Shown: positions 10,066 through 21,080 of the stretch, one piece after another
Layout of the letters: each line of letters begins with the position of its first letter
Numbering within the stretch: position 1 is the stretch's first letter
IMG/VR virus record: IMGVR_UViG_3300037452_000118
Span: 1 to 64,000 of that record
Direction: 5' to 3' (one strand)
DNA length: 64,000 nucleotides
Source: a virus
Translations under genes and position numbers: made by a program
The notes under the pieces: generated by a model
Seen by the model: the letters and a program-made list of their open reading frames with translations, nothing else
Databases searched by the model: none
What the model was told of the DNA's origin: nothing

Positions 10066-11744
10066 TCAAGATATTTGTCGGGGATTGCAGGCAAGTTCTC
10101 AGGTCGATGCCGGCGGAGAGCGTGCACGCCTGCATTACTTCGCCGCCTTATTATGGTTTGCGGGATTATCAGATCGAGCCGAGCATCTGGGGCGGCGATC
10201 AGGCCTGCTATCACAGATGGGAGGTCGATCTATTGGACCGCACTCGCGCGACGCCCGGGGTCGGCGGCAGCGGGCTCACCGGCGGCGGCGCGACCCAGGC
10301 GAAGGCAAATCGTTTCGAGAAGCGCTCATCCTTTTGCCAGTGCGGAGCCTGGCGCGGCACCTTCGGCCTCGAGCCAAGCTACCAGATGTACGTGGACCAC
10401 GCGGTCGATATCTTCCGCGAGGTCAGGCGCGTGCTCCGGCCGGACGGGACGCTCTGGCTGAACCTCGGCGACAGCTACGCGACCGGCGCCGGCGCAGTCG
10501 GAGACTCGCCGGGCGGCGGCGCCCGCGGGGACGCCTGGAAAGGATACCGCGGCGACAGGATCGGCCACGAAGGCAAGCTCGGCAACTACAAGAAAGGCGC
10601 GATCGAGGGGGACCGCGGCACGGCGATGGGGCCGATGACGCAGCCGAACCGGATGCCGCAACCCGGCCTGAAGCCGAAGGATTTGATGGGGATACCATGG
10701 CGGGTCGCTTTCGCGCTGCAGGACGATGGCTGGTGGCTCCGGCAGGACATAATCTGGGAAAAACCGAACCCGATGCCGGAGAACATCAAGGACCGCTGCA
10801 CCAAGGCGCACGAGTATCTGTTCCTGCTCAGCAAGAGCGAGCGCTATTACTTCGACGCCGACGCCATCGCGGAGGAGGCCGTCTACGACGGCCGCGGCCA
10901 GGACGAGACCGGCTTCAAGAGTCCGGCCGACTTCAACGGCAAGAATGCCGATGGCGGCGCCCGCAACCACCGCAAGACGACGTCGGGCAACAAGGAGCGC
11001 AAGCCGCGGCCCGGCGTCCCCGAGGGTACCGGCAAGAACCAACGCGGCTCCGTCCCGTGGGAGGGAGCCTCGCGCAACAAGCGCTCAGTCTGGACCGTGG
11101 CGACGTCGCCGTTCCCGGAGGCGCACTTCGCCACCTTCCCACCGGCGCTCGTCGAGCCTTGCCTGAAGGCGGGGACCGGCGAGCGCGGCTGCTGCCCGAA
11201 GTGCGCGGCACCGTGGGAGCGGGTCACGCGCCTCGTCGACACCGGGCTGACGCAGAAGATGCCGGACGGGATGGCGACCTACGCCGGCGGCCACACCGCT
11301 ATCCACAAGGACGGCCGCGAGGCCGGCGCCACCGACAATCCGGTGATGGCGAAGCAGACGGTCGGCTGGTACCCGGCGTGTCGGTGCGAGGGCGATCCGC
11401 CGCTGCCGGAATTTCCTGCGCCGCCGAGCCGCGCCCGGCTCGCCGACGAGGCGGCGTACAAGGTGGCCAAGGCCGAGCACCGCGTCGCCTGCGCGGCGAT
11501 CGACGATGAGCGCCAGCGGATGTGCGGGCCGCTCGCCGGCCGGAAAACGGCGCCTGCGGTCGCGCTCGATCCCTTCGGCGGCGCCGGCACTACGGCGCTG
11601 GTCGCGGACCGCCTCGGCCGCGATGCCGTCCTCGTCGAGCTCAATCCTTCCTACGCGGAAATGGCGAGGAACAGGCTCGCCGGCGACGGCGGAATGTTCT
11701 GCAAGGTGGTGGTAGAGGCGCCAATCAAGGAGGCCGCAGAATGA
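10062..11744 (+). CDS. N4-cytosine/N6-adenine DNA methyltransferase (beta class) with insertions
   Basis: TSPPYY, LRQDIIWEKPNPMPE, HFATFP, DPFGGAGTT. Confidence 0.92.
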   Translation: MIKIFVGDCRQVLRSMPAESVHACITSPPYYGLRDYQIEPSIWGGDQACYHRWEVDLLDRTRATPGVGGSGLTGGGATQAKANRFEKRSSFCQCGAWRGTFGLEPSYQMYVDHAVDIFREVRRVLRPDGTLWLNLGDSYATGAGAVGDSPGGGARGDAWKGYRGDRIGHEGKLGNYKKGAIEGDRGTAMGPMTQPNRMPQPGLKPKDLMGIPWRVAFALQDDGWWLRQDIIWEKPNPMPENIKDRCTKAHEYLFLLSKSERYYFDADAIAEEAVYDGRGQDETGFKSPADFNGKNADGGARNHRKTTSGNKERKPRPGVPEGTGKNQRGSVPWEGASRNKRSVWTVATSPFPEAHFATFPPALVEPCLKAGTGERGCCPKCAAPWERVTRLVDTGLTQKMPDGMATYAGGHTAIHKDGREAGATDNPVMAKQTVGWYPACRCEGDPPLPEFPAPPSRARLADEAAYKVAKAEHRVACAAIDDERQRMCGPLAGRKTAPAVALDPFGGAGTTALVADRLGRDAVLVELNPSYAEMARNRLAGDGGMFCKVVVEAPIKEAAE

Positions 11745-12133
11745 TCGAGCAGCTCGAATACTCGGAGAGCGTCGGCGTACCGAGCGACGCGAAGACGGCG
11801 CGGGCGGCGCTTCGGCTGCTCGGCGCGTTCAACGCCGGCACCGCGATCTTCGCCGCGACCTCGGCGGAGCGGCGCGAGGATCTGGCCGCGGCGCACAAGA
11901 GGGACGCCGATGCCGACCGCGACCGCTGAGCCCAAGGTCAACGAGGAGGTCTGGTACCACTCCCCGTTCCGCACCGGGGTTTTTCCGGGGCGCGTCGTCC
12001 GCAAGAATCCCGACGGCACCGTCATGCTGAAGGTCTACTTGCCGGGCGCCGCCGGACGGTGGAAGATGGACGAGGAGCCGGCGGTCACGCTGCGCTCGGT
12101 GACCTACGGGCCGGACGGCCGCGCGAGGCCGAA

Positions 12134-12946
12134 GTGATCAAGCTCCGCACGATCTCGTTGGGTGCTGGAGTCCAGTCCACCACGATGGCCTTGATGGCGG
12201 CGCGGGGCGAGGTCGGCCCGATGCCGGACTGCGCGATCTTCGCCGACACCGGCTGGGAGCCTCGCGCCACCTACGAGCACCTCGACCGCCTGGAGAAGCT
12301 GCTGCCGTTCCCGGTCCACCGCGTCAGCGCCGGCGACATCCGCGCCGACCTCCTGGCCCGCAACTCCGCGCGCTCCGGCCGCTTCATGACCGTGCCGTTC
12401 TTCCTCCGCCATGCCAACGGCCAGCAAGGGCTAGGCAAGCGGCAGTGCACGACGCACTACAAGATCGAGCCGATCACCAAGAAGATGCGCGAACTACTCG
12501 GCGTCGGTCCTCGAGGTTACATGGGGCGTGGCACCGTCCAGACGTGGATAGGCATTTCAGTCGATGAGGTGGTCCGCGCGACTCCGTCGAAGCGTGCCTT
12601 CGAGATGAAACGCTTTCCGCTGATCGAGGCCGGGATGAACCGGCGGCAATGCGTGCAATGGCTTCAGGAACGGCAATACCCGGTCCCGTCGAAGTCGGCC
12701 TGCCTGGGCTGCCCTTTCCACGGCGACGCGACCTGGCGCGACATGCGGGACAACCGGCCCGACGAGTGGGGCCAAGCGGTCGAGGTCGACCGCGCGGTCC
12801 GCGACGCCTCCGACTACCGCGCAGGCGCGACGCAGTTCATGCACCGGTCGATGGTACCGCTCGACGAGGTGGACTTGCGCACCGACGCAGAAGCGGGGCA
12901 ACCTGACCTCTTCGACCACGAGTGCGACGGTCACTGCGGGGTTTAG
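12134..12946 (+). CDS. PAPS reductase-like (PP-loop, Cys-rich) phage protein
   Basis: ISLGAGVQS, FADTGWE, KSACLGCPFH, terminal ECDGHCGV. Confidence 0.75.
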   Translation: MIKLRTISLGAGVQSTTMALMAARGEVGPMPDCAIFADTGWEPRATYEHLDRLEKLLPFPVHRVSAGDIRADLLARNSARSGRFMTVPFFLRHANGQQGLGKRQCTTHYKIEPITKKMRELLGVGPRGYMGRGTVQTWIGISVDEVVRATPSKRAFEMKRFPLIEAGMNRRQCVQWLQERQYPVPSKSACLGCPFHGDATWRDMRDNRPDEWGQAVEVDRAVRDASDYRAGATQFMHRSMVPLDEVDLRTDAEAGQPDLFDHECDGHCGV

Positions 12947-13543
12947 ATGGCGACGAAGCGAAAAGCGGTATCCACTTTCGACGGCGCCGACGTCCCGGCC
13001 ATGCGGCCGGAGATGCGGAAGCTGTCGATGGTCCACGAGTACCCCAACAACCCGCGCACCCATCCCCCGGCGCAGCTCGCCATGCTGGCGGAGCTGATCA
13101 AGAAGCATGGTTTCGATCAACCGATAGTTTGTGACGAAGATGGCGTGATTATTAAGGGTCACGGCAGGAAACTGGCGGCCATGCTCGCCGGCCTCGACGA
13201 GGCCCCGGTCATCGTCCACCGCGGACTGTCGGACGCCGACAAGATGGCGATGCGGATCCAGGACAACGCCGTCTCGCTGCTGTCGGGCTGGGACAAGGAG
13301 CTCGTCCGCGGCGAGATCGTGCAGCTCCAGGCGATGGACTTCGACGTCAAGCTGCTCGGCTTCGGCGACACGCAGCTGGTCCAGTTCACCACGCTGCCGG
13401 GGCCGCCGGGTCAGTTCCCCGCCGTCGGCGAGGACCTGCACGTTGATAAGCAATGTCCAAAATGCGGATATACGGGGTCCGGCGACTGGACGCCGAAGGC
13501 GAAGAAGGAGCCGAAGAAGCGCGCCAAGAAGAACGGCAAATGA
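12947..13543 (+). CDS. ParB/Srx-like domain protein with C-terminal zinc ribbon
   Basis: NNPRTH, GFDQPI, IIKGHGRKLAA, DN; CPKCGY. Confidence 0.8.
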   Translation: MATKRKAVSTFDGADVPAMRPEMRKLSMVHEYPNNPRTHPPAQLAMLAELIKKHGFDQPIVCDEDGVIIKGHGRKLAAMLAGLDEAPVIVHRGLSDADKMAMRIQDNAVSLLSGWDKELVRGEIVQLQAMDFDVKLLGFGDTQLVQFTTLPGPPGQFPAVGEDLHVDKQCPKCGYTGSGDWTPKAKKEPKKRAKKNGK

Positions 13544-14829
13544 AGCCGCCCTACCGCGTCCCGCCGATGGCGGAGATCGCCAGGATCAAATGGAACGGCC
13601 TTACCGTGGTGACGACCTTCGCCGGCGCCGGCGGATCGAGCCTCGGCTACCGGATGGCGGGCTACCGCGTGCTGTGGGCCAACGAGTTCGTCCCGATCGC
13701 GCAGGAGAGTTACCGCGCCAACATGCGCAAGGGGACGATCCTCGACGGGCGCGACATCAAGCAGGTCACCGCCGCCTCGATCCTCCAGGCCACCGGGCTC
13801 AAGGCCGGCGAGCTGGACCTCTTCGACGGCTCGCCGCCGTGCCAGGCCTTCTCCACGGCCGGCACCCGCGACAAGGGCTGGGGCAAGGACAAGAAATACG
13901 CCCATGGTGCCGAACAGAAGAACGAGGAGCTGTTCTCCGAGTACATCCGGCTACGTGACGGCCTCAAGCCGCGGGCGTTCGTGGCGGAGAACGTCAGCGG
14001 GCTGGTCAAGGGCAAGGCGAAGGGGTTCTTCCTGGAGATCCTGCGCGAGCTCAAGCGCGGCTACCGCGTCGAGGCGCGGCTTCTTGATGCCCAGTGGCTC
14101 GGCGTGCCGCAGCAGCGGGTGCGAGTGATCTTCGTCGGCGTCCGCGACGACATCGGGCTCGAGCCGGCGTTCCCGTCGCCGCTGCCGTACCGCTACAGCG
14201 TCCGCGACGCGCTGCCGTGGATCGGCGGGGCGACGCACGACACCGGGCGCAAAGGCCAGCAGCCGAAGGACATCACGGGGCGGCCGGCGCCGACGATCAC
14301 CTCCGGGCCCGACGACGTCCGCGAGGGCGGTGGCCCCCGCAACCACTTCAAGGTTGAGGCGGAGACCGACATCTCGCGCTTCGCCATCGGCGACGAGTAT
14401 GACAAGCTGAACCCCGGCCAGCAGTCGGACAAATACTTCTCGTTGGTGCGTCCGGCGCTCGACGAGCCTTGCCCGACGATGACCTACGGCCAACTCAAGG
14501 GGAGCCTCAGCGGCGCCAGCGTCGTCCATCCCACGGAGAAGCGCCGGTTCTCGATCCTGGAGGTCAAGAGACTCTGCTCATTTCCGGACGACTTCGAGCT
14601 CAAAGGATCGTTCGCGGCTCAATGGGAGCGCCTCGGCAACTCCGTGCCACCGTTGATGGCGAAAGCTATCGGGGAGGCTGTCCGCGACCGCGTACTGTTG
14701 CCGGCTCGGGAGGCTGGCAATCGCAGCACCAAGCCATGTGCAGGCAATACTCGCCGTGTATCGTCCCGTCGAGCGACGGTAGCGGCAGCCAGCCCAGCGC
14801 CAGATAGTCCGCAGCGAGGTGAAGCCTGA
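13540..14829 (+). CDS. Second C5-cytosine DNA methyltransferase
   Basis: FAGAGG, GSPPCQAFS, ENV, PQQRVR, SFPDDF, GNSVPP. Confidence 0.93.
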   Translation: MKPPYRVPPMAEIARIKWNGLTVVTTFAGAGGSSLGYRMAGYRVLWANEFVPIAQESYRANMRKGTILDGRDIKQVTAASILQATGLKAGELDLFDGSPPCQAFSTAGTRDKGWGKDKKYAHGAEQKNEELFSEYIRLRDGLKPRAFVAENVSGLVKGKAKGFFLEILRELKRGYRVEARLLDAQWLGVPQQRVRVIFVGVRDDIGLEPAFPSPLPYRYSVRDALPWIGGATHDTGRKGQQPKDITGRPAPTITSGPDDVREGGGPRNHFKVEAETDISRFAIGDEYDKLNPGQQSDKYFSLVRPALDEPCPTMTYGQLKGSLSGASVVHPTEKRRFSILEVKRLCSFPDDFELKGSFAAQWERLGNSVPPLMAKAIGEAVRDRVLLPAREAGNRSTKPCAGNTRRVSSRRATVAAASPAPDSPQRGEA

Positions 14830-15079
14830 CCCACCTATGCGTCGGGTAGACGCTCACCGCGCCCGGTCCCTCTCGCGCCGCAGCTTCACCAGCTCGCGGC
14901 GGATAACCCGCCAATCGCCCCGCTTGCGGAGCCGCATGACTTTCAGGGGCTCGACGTGGAAGCGCGAGAAGTCGTGGAAGGTCCAGTAGACGCGGCCGTC
15001 GCCGGGGCGGCGGTAAATGTAGACCTTGAGGCCGCCGATGATGGCGTCCAAGGTGGCGGGGTTGGACAGGTCGAGCGCG

Positions 15080-15538
15080 TCAGAGCGGCACGGCATCGGC
15101 AGCGAGCTCCCTCCAGAACAGCAGCGCCTTGGCGACGTTGGTCTTCTCGTTCCACCAGCGCGAGACCCCGGAGGGGTGCGGGCAAAAGGCGACCTGGAAT
15201 CCGCCGCCGTCTATCATGCTCCAGAGCAGCTGCTCCGAGGGCGGGAAACCGAAGGTGCGGGCGACGTTGGCGCCGAGCATCACCACCCTGCGGTCCCTCA
15301 TCGTCCCGAGCAGGAGGAGGTCGATGGCCTTCTTGCGGGCCTTGTTGACGTCGAACCGGTCGCCCTTCCCGGCCTTGCCGGGAAACTTGTCGAGCAGGTT
15401 TACCCGCTCGAAGAGCTCCAGGAACCGCGTCTGCTCGATCCCGCACAGACCGGCCAGCCTCGCCCCGCAGCGCCCCGCCAATGGATCGGCGGGGTCGGAG
15501 CGGGGGCCTGGGGCTTGGCCGATCAGGAGCGGCTTCAA
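15080..15538 (-). CDS. Uracil-DNA glycosylase superfamily protein
   Basis: LLIGQAPG (motif A) and HPSG (motif B). Confidence 0.7.
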   Translation of the reverse strand: MKPLLIGQAPGPRSDPADPLAGRCGARLAGLCGIEQTRFLELFERVNLLDKFPGKAGKGDRFDVNKARKKAIDLLLLGTMRDRRVVMLGANVARTFGFPPSEQLLWSMIDGGGFQVAFCPHPSGVSRWWNEKTNVAKALLFWRELAADAVPL

Positions 15539-15543
15539 CGGCC

Positions 15544-16074
15544 TTACTCGGCCGCTTGGGCTTGCGCGGCGCGGGGAGCCTTCCCGCTGTACCGCTTCTC
15601 CTTGGCGTCGTACTCGATGGTGAAGCCGAGCTTGTGCTTGGCGGCGTGGATCTTGGAGCGCAGCGGGTGCGCGTCCATCTTGAACTGCTTCTCCAAGATA
15701 GCCATCGGGACGCCGCTGCCGTCGCCGTAGGTACAGATGAACGTCCCGACCGTCAGCGGGCTGCGGTCGACGCCCTTCGCGGTCACGATCTTCTTCGCCG
15801 GCGCCGCCTTCGCGGCCTTGGCCTTCGGCGCGGCCTTGGCCTTGGCCTTGGCCTTGGCCTTCGCCTTCGGGGCCGACTTCTTCTTCGCTTTCTTCGACAC
15901 GCCACTCTCCTTTGCCGGCCTCGCCGGCGGTTCGACCTTCTTCGGTCCGTCGACGGCGGCGGTCATCGCCCTCGTCGTCTGTGTTGTTGCGCTCGGCTCT
16001 TTCGGGCGCCTCGTTGCCGTTTTGGCTTCGCGCTGCGCGCGGCGCTGCGCTTCTTTCGGGCCAATCGTAGCCAT
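15544..16074 (-). CDS. Basic histone-H1-like protein (Lys/Ala repeats) with small C-terminal helical domain
   Basis: KKAKKKSAPKAKAKAKAKAKAAPKAKAAK; GAGGAG RBS upstream of ATG 16074. Confidence 0.55.
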   Translation of the reverse strand: MATIGPKEAQRRAQREAKTATRRPKEPSATTQTTRAMTAAVDGPKKVEPPARPAKESGVSKKAKKKSAPKAKAKAKAKAKAAPKAKAAKAAPAKKIVTAKGVDRSPLTVGTFICTYGDGSGVPMAILEKQFKMDAHPLRSKIHAAKHKLGFTIEYDAKEKRYSGKAPRAAQAQAAE

Positions 16075-17065
16075 CGTTGTTCTCCTCGATTCAGTTCCTC
16101 TTTTACGAGCCGGGCGGCAAATTCGAGTCGCGGCGCTACGTTGGTATGCGCCGTTTGTCGTGCCCATTCTCCTTGTAGGCGAGCGTCAAATTGATTTTCC
16201 GTCTTGTCACCGCAGCAACCCCTTCGGGCACCCCGGCTCCGGCTCGGACGTGCTGGTCAAGACGATGCAGCGGCAGCGCGGGTACGTGCAGCGCACCGGC
16301 TCGGCATCCTTCGGCTCATCCTTCGTCGCGGGCTTCGGCTGCGGCATCGCCATCGGCGGCTCCTTCGGTCGCGTGGGTAAAATTATCCATACCTAGATGT
16401 GCGCTCCCGGCCGGAATGTCCACGGGGAAATATGCGGCCTCGCGCCGGTGCCGGTCCTGCCAGCGGGCCAAGTCCGCCCCGTCGCCGGAGGGCGGCACCT
16501 CGAAGCGGGCGCGCAAGATGGCGTCGGCGTACTCGCCGAGCAGCGCGCAGAGCTCCCGGCGCCCGGCCTCGGTGATCGTGGTGTGGGTCGGCGCCTTCTG
16601 GTGGTGCTGGACCGCGAACGCCGTGCTGCGGGCGCCGTTGGTCTTGAGCAGGCCCCGCGCCAGGAGCGCCTGGGTCGTCCGCAGCCTGTCGCCGCCGGCC
16701 GCGCCGCGGAACCCTTTGAGCTCGGAGACCCGCACGATCGGCACCTCCGCGCCGTCGAGGTGGTCGATCAGGACGTCACGCATCTGCGAGCTGAGCAGCG
16801 TCGACATGGTTTTTTCCTCTCCAGGAGTTATCCCCAGGCGCGAGAGTGCCGCACCCCGCGCCGGGCGTCCACTGGCAAACCGGGGATTTTTGTACCCGAG
16901 GGGGTTGCCCGCGGCCTGCCGTCGCTGGTATCGTCCTCTGAATCGCGGCTGGAAACGCGAGAACGCGGCGCTCTTCCCCTGCTTCACCGCGCGGGGTGTG
17001 TCGCTGCAAAGCGAACCCCTAACTCGCGTTCGGGCTTTCCAGGCTCCGCGCGGTGGAGACTGAAA

Positions 17066-17509
17066 ATGGGCACAAGAGCAGACTTCTATATCGGGACCGG
17101 GAAGGATGCTGAATGGATTGGCTCGATTGCTTTTGACGGCTACCGTATCCATGAAATGACGAAAGAGCATTCGTTCAAAAACCTCGACAGCATGGAATGC
17201 TGGGCAATCAAGACCGCTACCGACGAAAAAGTATTCCGACAGGCGGTTACCAAATTGCTCGCGTTGAATGACGATGCGACAACCCCCGATCAGGGATGGC
17301 CGTGGCCGTGGGGCGATAGCAAGACGACCGACCGCGCCTATTGTTTTGCTGACGGCAAATGCAAGGTTTTTGCTTGGGGCGCCGAAGTTACCTTCAGGCC
17401 CGATGGCGATTATGAGTCGGCGCCCAAAGCGGAATGGCCGGACATGAGAAACGTCCAGAATGTTACTCTCGGCCATCGAAGCGGTACATTGATTGTGAGA
17501 GGCCCGTAA
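17066..17509 (+). CDS. Hypothetical phage protein (MGTRADFYIG...GWPWPW)
   Basis: Protein-like composition; GGAG RBS. Confidence 0.55.
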   Translation: MGTRADFYIGTGKDAEWIGSIAFDGYRIHEMTKEHSFKNLDSMECWAIKTATDEKVFRQAVTKLLALNDDATTPDQGWPWPWGDSKTTDRAYCFADGKCKVFAWGAEVTFRPDGDYESAPKAEWPDMRNVQNVTLGHRSGTLIVRGP

Positions 17510-17696
17510 TGTCGACGGCAATCCAGAGGGCCATCCAGGCCGAGAACGCCGCCATCGCAGAACGCGCGCACCAAGCCGACGTGAACGAAGCCCTGGATGC
17601 GGCCCAGCTTACTATCGAGGAATACTACAACGGCGACCGCGAGTGGGCCGAGGCTTGGCTGCTCAAGGCGGCGGCGGCCAACAAGGCGAAGTGAAG

Positions 17697-18191
17697 ATGG
17701 CCAAAGGTCCAAAACCTCAACCTGTTATCAAAAGATTTTGGGAAAACGTCCTAATACAGGATGGCTGCTGGGCATGGCGCGGGCAGAAAAATCCAGATGG
17801 CTATGGACAAATTCATGTACGCCGTCGTTCAGAGGGCTTTCGCACGGTTCTTCTCGCCCACAGAATTTCATGGGAGATACATAAAGGACCTATCCCGTTG
17901 GGAATGTTTGTCTGTCACCATTGCGACAATCCAGAATGCGCCAATCCTGAGCATCTGTTTCTTGGAACGAACCGCGACAATATGATCGACTGCTCGGCGA
18001 AAGGCCGCCAAAATGGCGCGGCTAAATCTCTTCCTGGTTCTAAGAATGGGAATGCTATTCTTAACGAGGACATTGTCCGCGAAATTCGTAAGAGCAAAGA
18101 AATCGGGGCTGTTTTAGGGAGGCAATTGGGGGTTACGACAGGACTCATCAGCGCTATTCGTAGACGAAAGGCGTGGAAGCATGTTGATTGA
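17697..18191 (+). CDS. Free-standing HNH homing endonuclease
   Basis: CWAWRG, GYG, AHRISW, VCHHCDNPECANPEHL..GT..DN; low GC. Confidence 0.88.
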   Translation: MAKGPKPQPVIKRFWENVLIQDGCWAWRGQKNPDGYGQIHVRRRSEGFRTVLLAHRISWEIHKGPIPLGMFVCHHCDNPECANPEHLFLGTNRDNMIDCSAKGRQNGAAKSLPGSKNGNAILNEDIVREIRKSKEIGAVLGRQLGVTTGLISAIRRRKAWKHVD

Positions 18192-19635
18192 TTTGCTCTT
18201 GATTCATCCCGGCGCTCAACATGGCGTCTACGGATCGCTCGGCGATACGCTGACGGCGCTGGAGCCGCCAACCTGGACTCGCATGATTGCGGGCTATGTC
18301 CGTGACCGCGGATTTAGCGTGCAGATTTTGGACGCGGAAGCGGAGCAACAAGGCGCACATGAGGTCGGCCAGATAGCACGCGACGCGAGGCCGCGGCTGA
18401 TCTGCATTGTAGTAGCGGGGCATCAACCGAGTGCGTCCACGCAACAAATGGTAGGCGCTAGCGCCATCGCCAAGGCGATTAAGGCTCAATGTGAATCGCC
18501 GGTTATCATGGTTGGCGGCCATCCATCAGCATTGCCTGATCGTACATTGCGAGAGGAATCCGTAGATTACGTCGCCGTAGGTGAAGGCCCGCTCACAATT
18601 CTCGGCCTGCTGCGCGGAGATGATCGCGGCGCTATTCCTGGCCTCGTTTACGAGAACGGCTACATCATCAAAAATAAATCGGCGCCGCTGATCGAAAATC
18701 TTGACGAACTCCACGGCGACGTATGGGACATACTTCCCATGAACAGATATAGGTCGCATTCGTGGCAGGTGCTCGACAATCTTTCCCGGCGCCAACCTTA
18801 CGCTTCGATTTATACGACACTCGGATGCCCGCATTTTTGCTCGTTCTGCATGATCAACGCCCCGTTCGAATCCAATCGCTATCGGATGCGACGCCCGGAA
18901 TCCGTCGTCGCACAAATCACGGGGCTTTATCGAGACTACGGAGTGAAAACGATCAAGTTCGCCGACGAGATGTTCATCCTCGCGCCTCGCCATTACACGG
19001 CGATTGCCGAAGGACTAATCGCCTCTGGCATCGCAGACGACATCAACATCTGGGCGTATTCGAGAATCGATTCCATCAGGCCGGACACGCTTTCTTTGCT
19101 TCACCGCGCCGGCATCCGCTGGCTCGCGCTCGGCATCGAGTCCGGCTCCGCGCACGTCCGTAACGGGGCGAACAAGAAGATGCGAACGGAGGACATCGTC
19201 GGTACAGTCAAGACGATTCAGCGCGCCGGGATTTACGTAATTGGGAACTTCATGGTCGGGCTTGCCGACGATACCGCTGAGACCATGAAACAGACCTACG
19301 ACCTCGCGATCGAGTGCATGCCGGACTGGAGCAATTGGTACGTTACAATGGCCTACCCCGGGAGCGCGCTCTACACGCAAGCACTCAAGGAAGGCCGGAC
19401 ACTGCCGCCCAACTGGAAATCTTTTTCGCAGCACAACGAAGATTGTTTTCCGCTCGCGAACGAGCATCTGACAAGCGCGCAAATTCTGAAATTTCGCGAC
19501 GAGGCGTTCACCGCGTTCTTCACCGACCCGCGCTACCTCTCCCACGTCGAGCGCAAGTTCGGCGCGGCGGCGGTGGCGCACATCCGGGACATGACCCGCT
19601 ACAAGCTGAAGCGCAAGCTGTTGGAGGCGGCGTAA
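18181..19635 (+). CDS. Cobalamin-binding radical SAM enzyme
   Basis: N-terminal B12-binding region (VGGHPS, GEG), GCPHFCSFC, GIESGS, YPGS. Confidence 0.88.
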   Translation: MLIDLLLIHPGAQHGVYGSLGDTLTALEPPTWTRMIAGYVRDRGFSVQILDAEAEQQGAHEVGQIARDARPRLICIVVAGHQPSASTQQMVGASAIAKAIKAQCESPVIMVGGHPSALPDRTLREESVDYVAVGEGPLTILGLLRGDDRGAIPGLVYENGYIIKNKSAPLIENLDELHGDVWDILPMNRYRSHSWQVLDNLSRRQPYASIYTTLGCPHFCSFCMINAPFESNRYRMRRPESVVAQITGLYRDYGVKTIKFADEMFILAPRHYTAIAEGLIASGIADDINIWAYSRIDSIRPDTLSLLHRAGIRWLALGIESGSAHVRNGANKKMRTEDIVGTVKTIQRAGIYVIGNFMVGLADDTAETMKQTYDLAIECMPDWSNWYVTMAYPGSALYTQALKEGRTLPPNWKSFSQHNEDCFPLANEHLTSAQILKFRDEAFTAFFTDPRYLSHVERKFGAAAVAHIRDMTRYKLKRKLLEAA

Positions 19636-20163
19636 TGGTAGAAAAAGTTCGAAAGCTGCTATGCGTCGGAGGCCCCCACGACGGAGAATGGATAGATATG
19701 CCGTGGACCGACACGGCGGTCATCTTGGTCAAGCCTGCGCCTCCTGCCGACGCGATGAACCCATCTCCTGCCGAGATCGCGGCCTCTAATTTTCCGACTT
19801 TGGACAACATGCACCGGGCGTTTTCCGAGATGGTTCAAAAAACGACTTACGTCAGACGCGGATCAGGTACGGACGAACATTTGGAAGTAGTGGAGGCGGC
19901 GTGATGGGCTACGGAGCTGACGAAGTAGACAGAAGGTTAGAAGCTGCCATCGCGACGAATGCCGATCCGGCCATCGTTTCGCCGTCCGGCACAAGGTTTG
20001 CTTGGACTCGGGTTTGGGGATGGGATCACGTCACCCGGCAACATCGTTGGCTGTGGATGGAGCGGGTTATTTGGTTCCGACCGCTCGACTTGCTGACCGA
20101 GTATGCGACATACGCTGGCAGCGAGAAGGAATTTTACAACAAGCACGGTCGGTATTCCTGGCA

Positions 20164-20748
20164 ATGACCCGCGACGAGCTCATCGCCTTTGAGGCCGACA
20201 TAGCCGCCGAGTTCAACAACGGCCGCATAAGATTTCCTATTCACCTGGACGGCGGGAATGAGGACCAACTCATCGAGGTCTTCAAGAACATCAAGCCGAC
20301 CGACTGGGTCTTCGCGACGTGGCGCAGCCATTATCGCGCGTTGCTACACGGGATCCCGCCTGAGAAGGTCAAGGCGGCGATAATGGCTGGCCGGTCGATA
20401 ACCTTGTGCTTCCCTGAGCATCGGTTTTTCTCGTCGGCCATCGTCGGCGGCAACCTGCCGGTCGCGCTCGGCGTCGCGCTGTCGATCAAGCGGCGGGGCG
20501 GGGACGAGAAGGTGTTTGCATTTCTAGGCGATATGTCAGCCCGGACAGGCATCTTCCACGAGTGCCTTTCCTACGCGGTCGGGCACGGCCTGCCGATCAC
20601 GTTCGTCGTCGAGGACAACGGCAAGAGCGTGTGCACGCCGACTCGCGAGGTTTGGGGTGAGCAGTCGAAGGGCGCGTCGTGCGTCCAGAGATTCTCTTAC
20701 GCGCTTCCGTTCCCGCATTCTGGCGCCGGCGTTCGCGTGGTCTTCTGA
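20164..20748 (+). CDS. TPP-dependent enzyme, E1-alpha-like subunit
   Basis: TWRSHY, SAIVGG, GD...EDN TPP-binding motif. Confidence 0.82.
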   Translation: MTRDELIAFEADIAAEFNNGRIRFPIHLDGGNEDQLIEVFKNIKPTDWVFATWRSHYRALLHGIPPEKVKAAIMAGRSITLCFPEHRFFSSAIVGGNLPVALGVALSIKRRGGDEKVFAFLGDMSARTGIFHECLSYAVGHGLPITFVVEDNGKSVCTPTREVWGEQSKGASCVQRFSYALPFPHSGAGVRVVF

Positions 20749-21080
20749 TGAGGGAATACTTGAGTCCCTGATCCGAAATTCAACAGGAGAAACAACATGC
20801 CAAGTGAACTCGCCAAGCGATTTGCGGCCTATATCAGCGACGACCTGCCGCCCGAGGTTCGGATGCCCGATAGCCTCGAACTTGGGAACGCGCTTCTGGC
20901 CGCTGAACAGCTATTGGACGGCGTTGCCGCCTTCTTTCGTGGGCAAGACGATAGCCAAGGCTTGCCAGATGGCTTCGAAAAACTCGCGGATTACGAGCCT
21001 GTAGATGTCACCTTCAATGCGCGGACGATACGAGCGGTTTTGGCGGCGACCGAGCCGCCCAGTGACTCAAGTTCCCTCTG

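Noticed and set aside
15810-15870. Tandem GCCTTG repeats as a DNA repeat element
   Set aside because: Explained by the AKAKAK coding repeat of the histone-like protein on the minus strand
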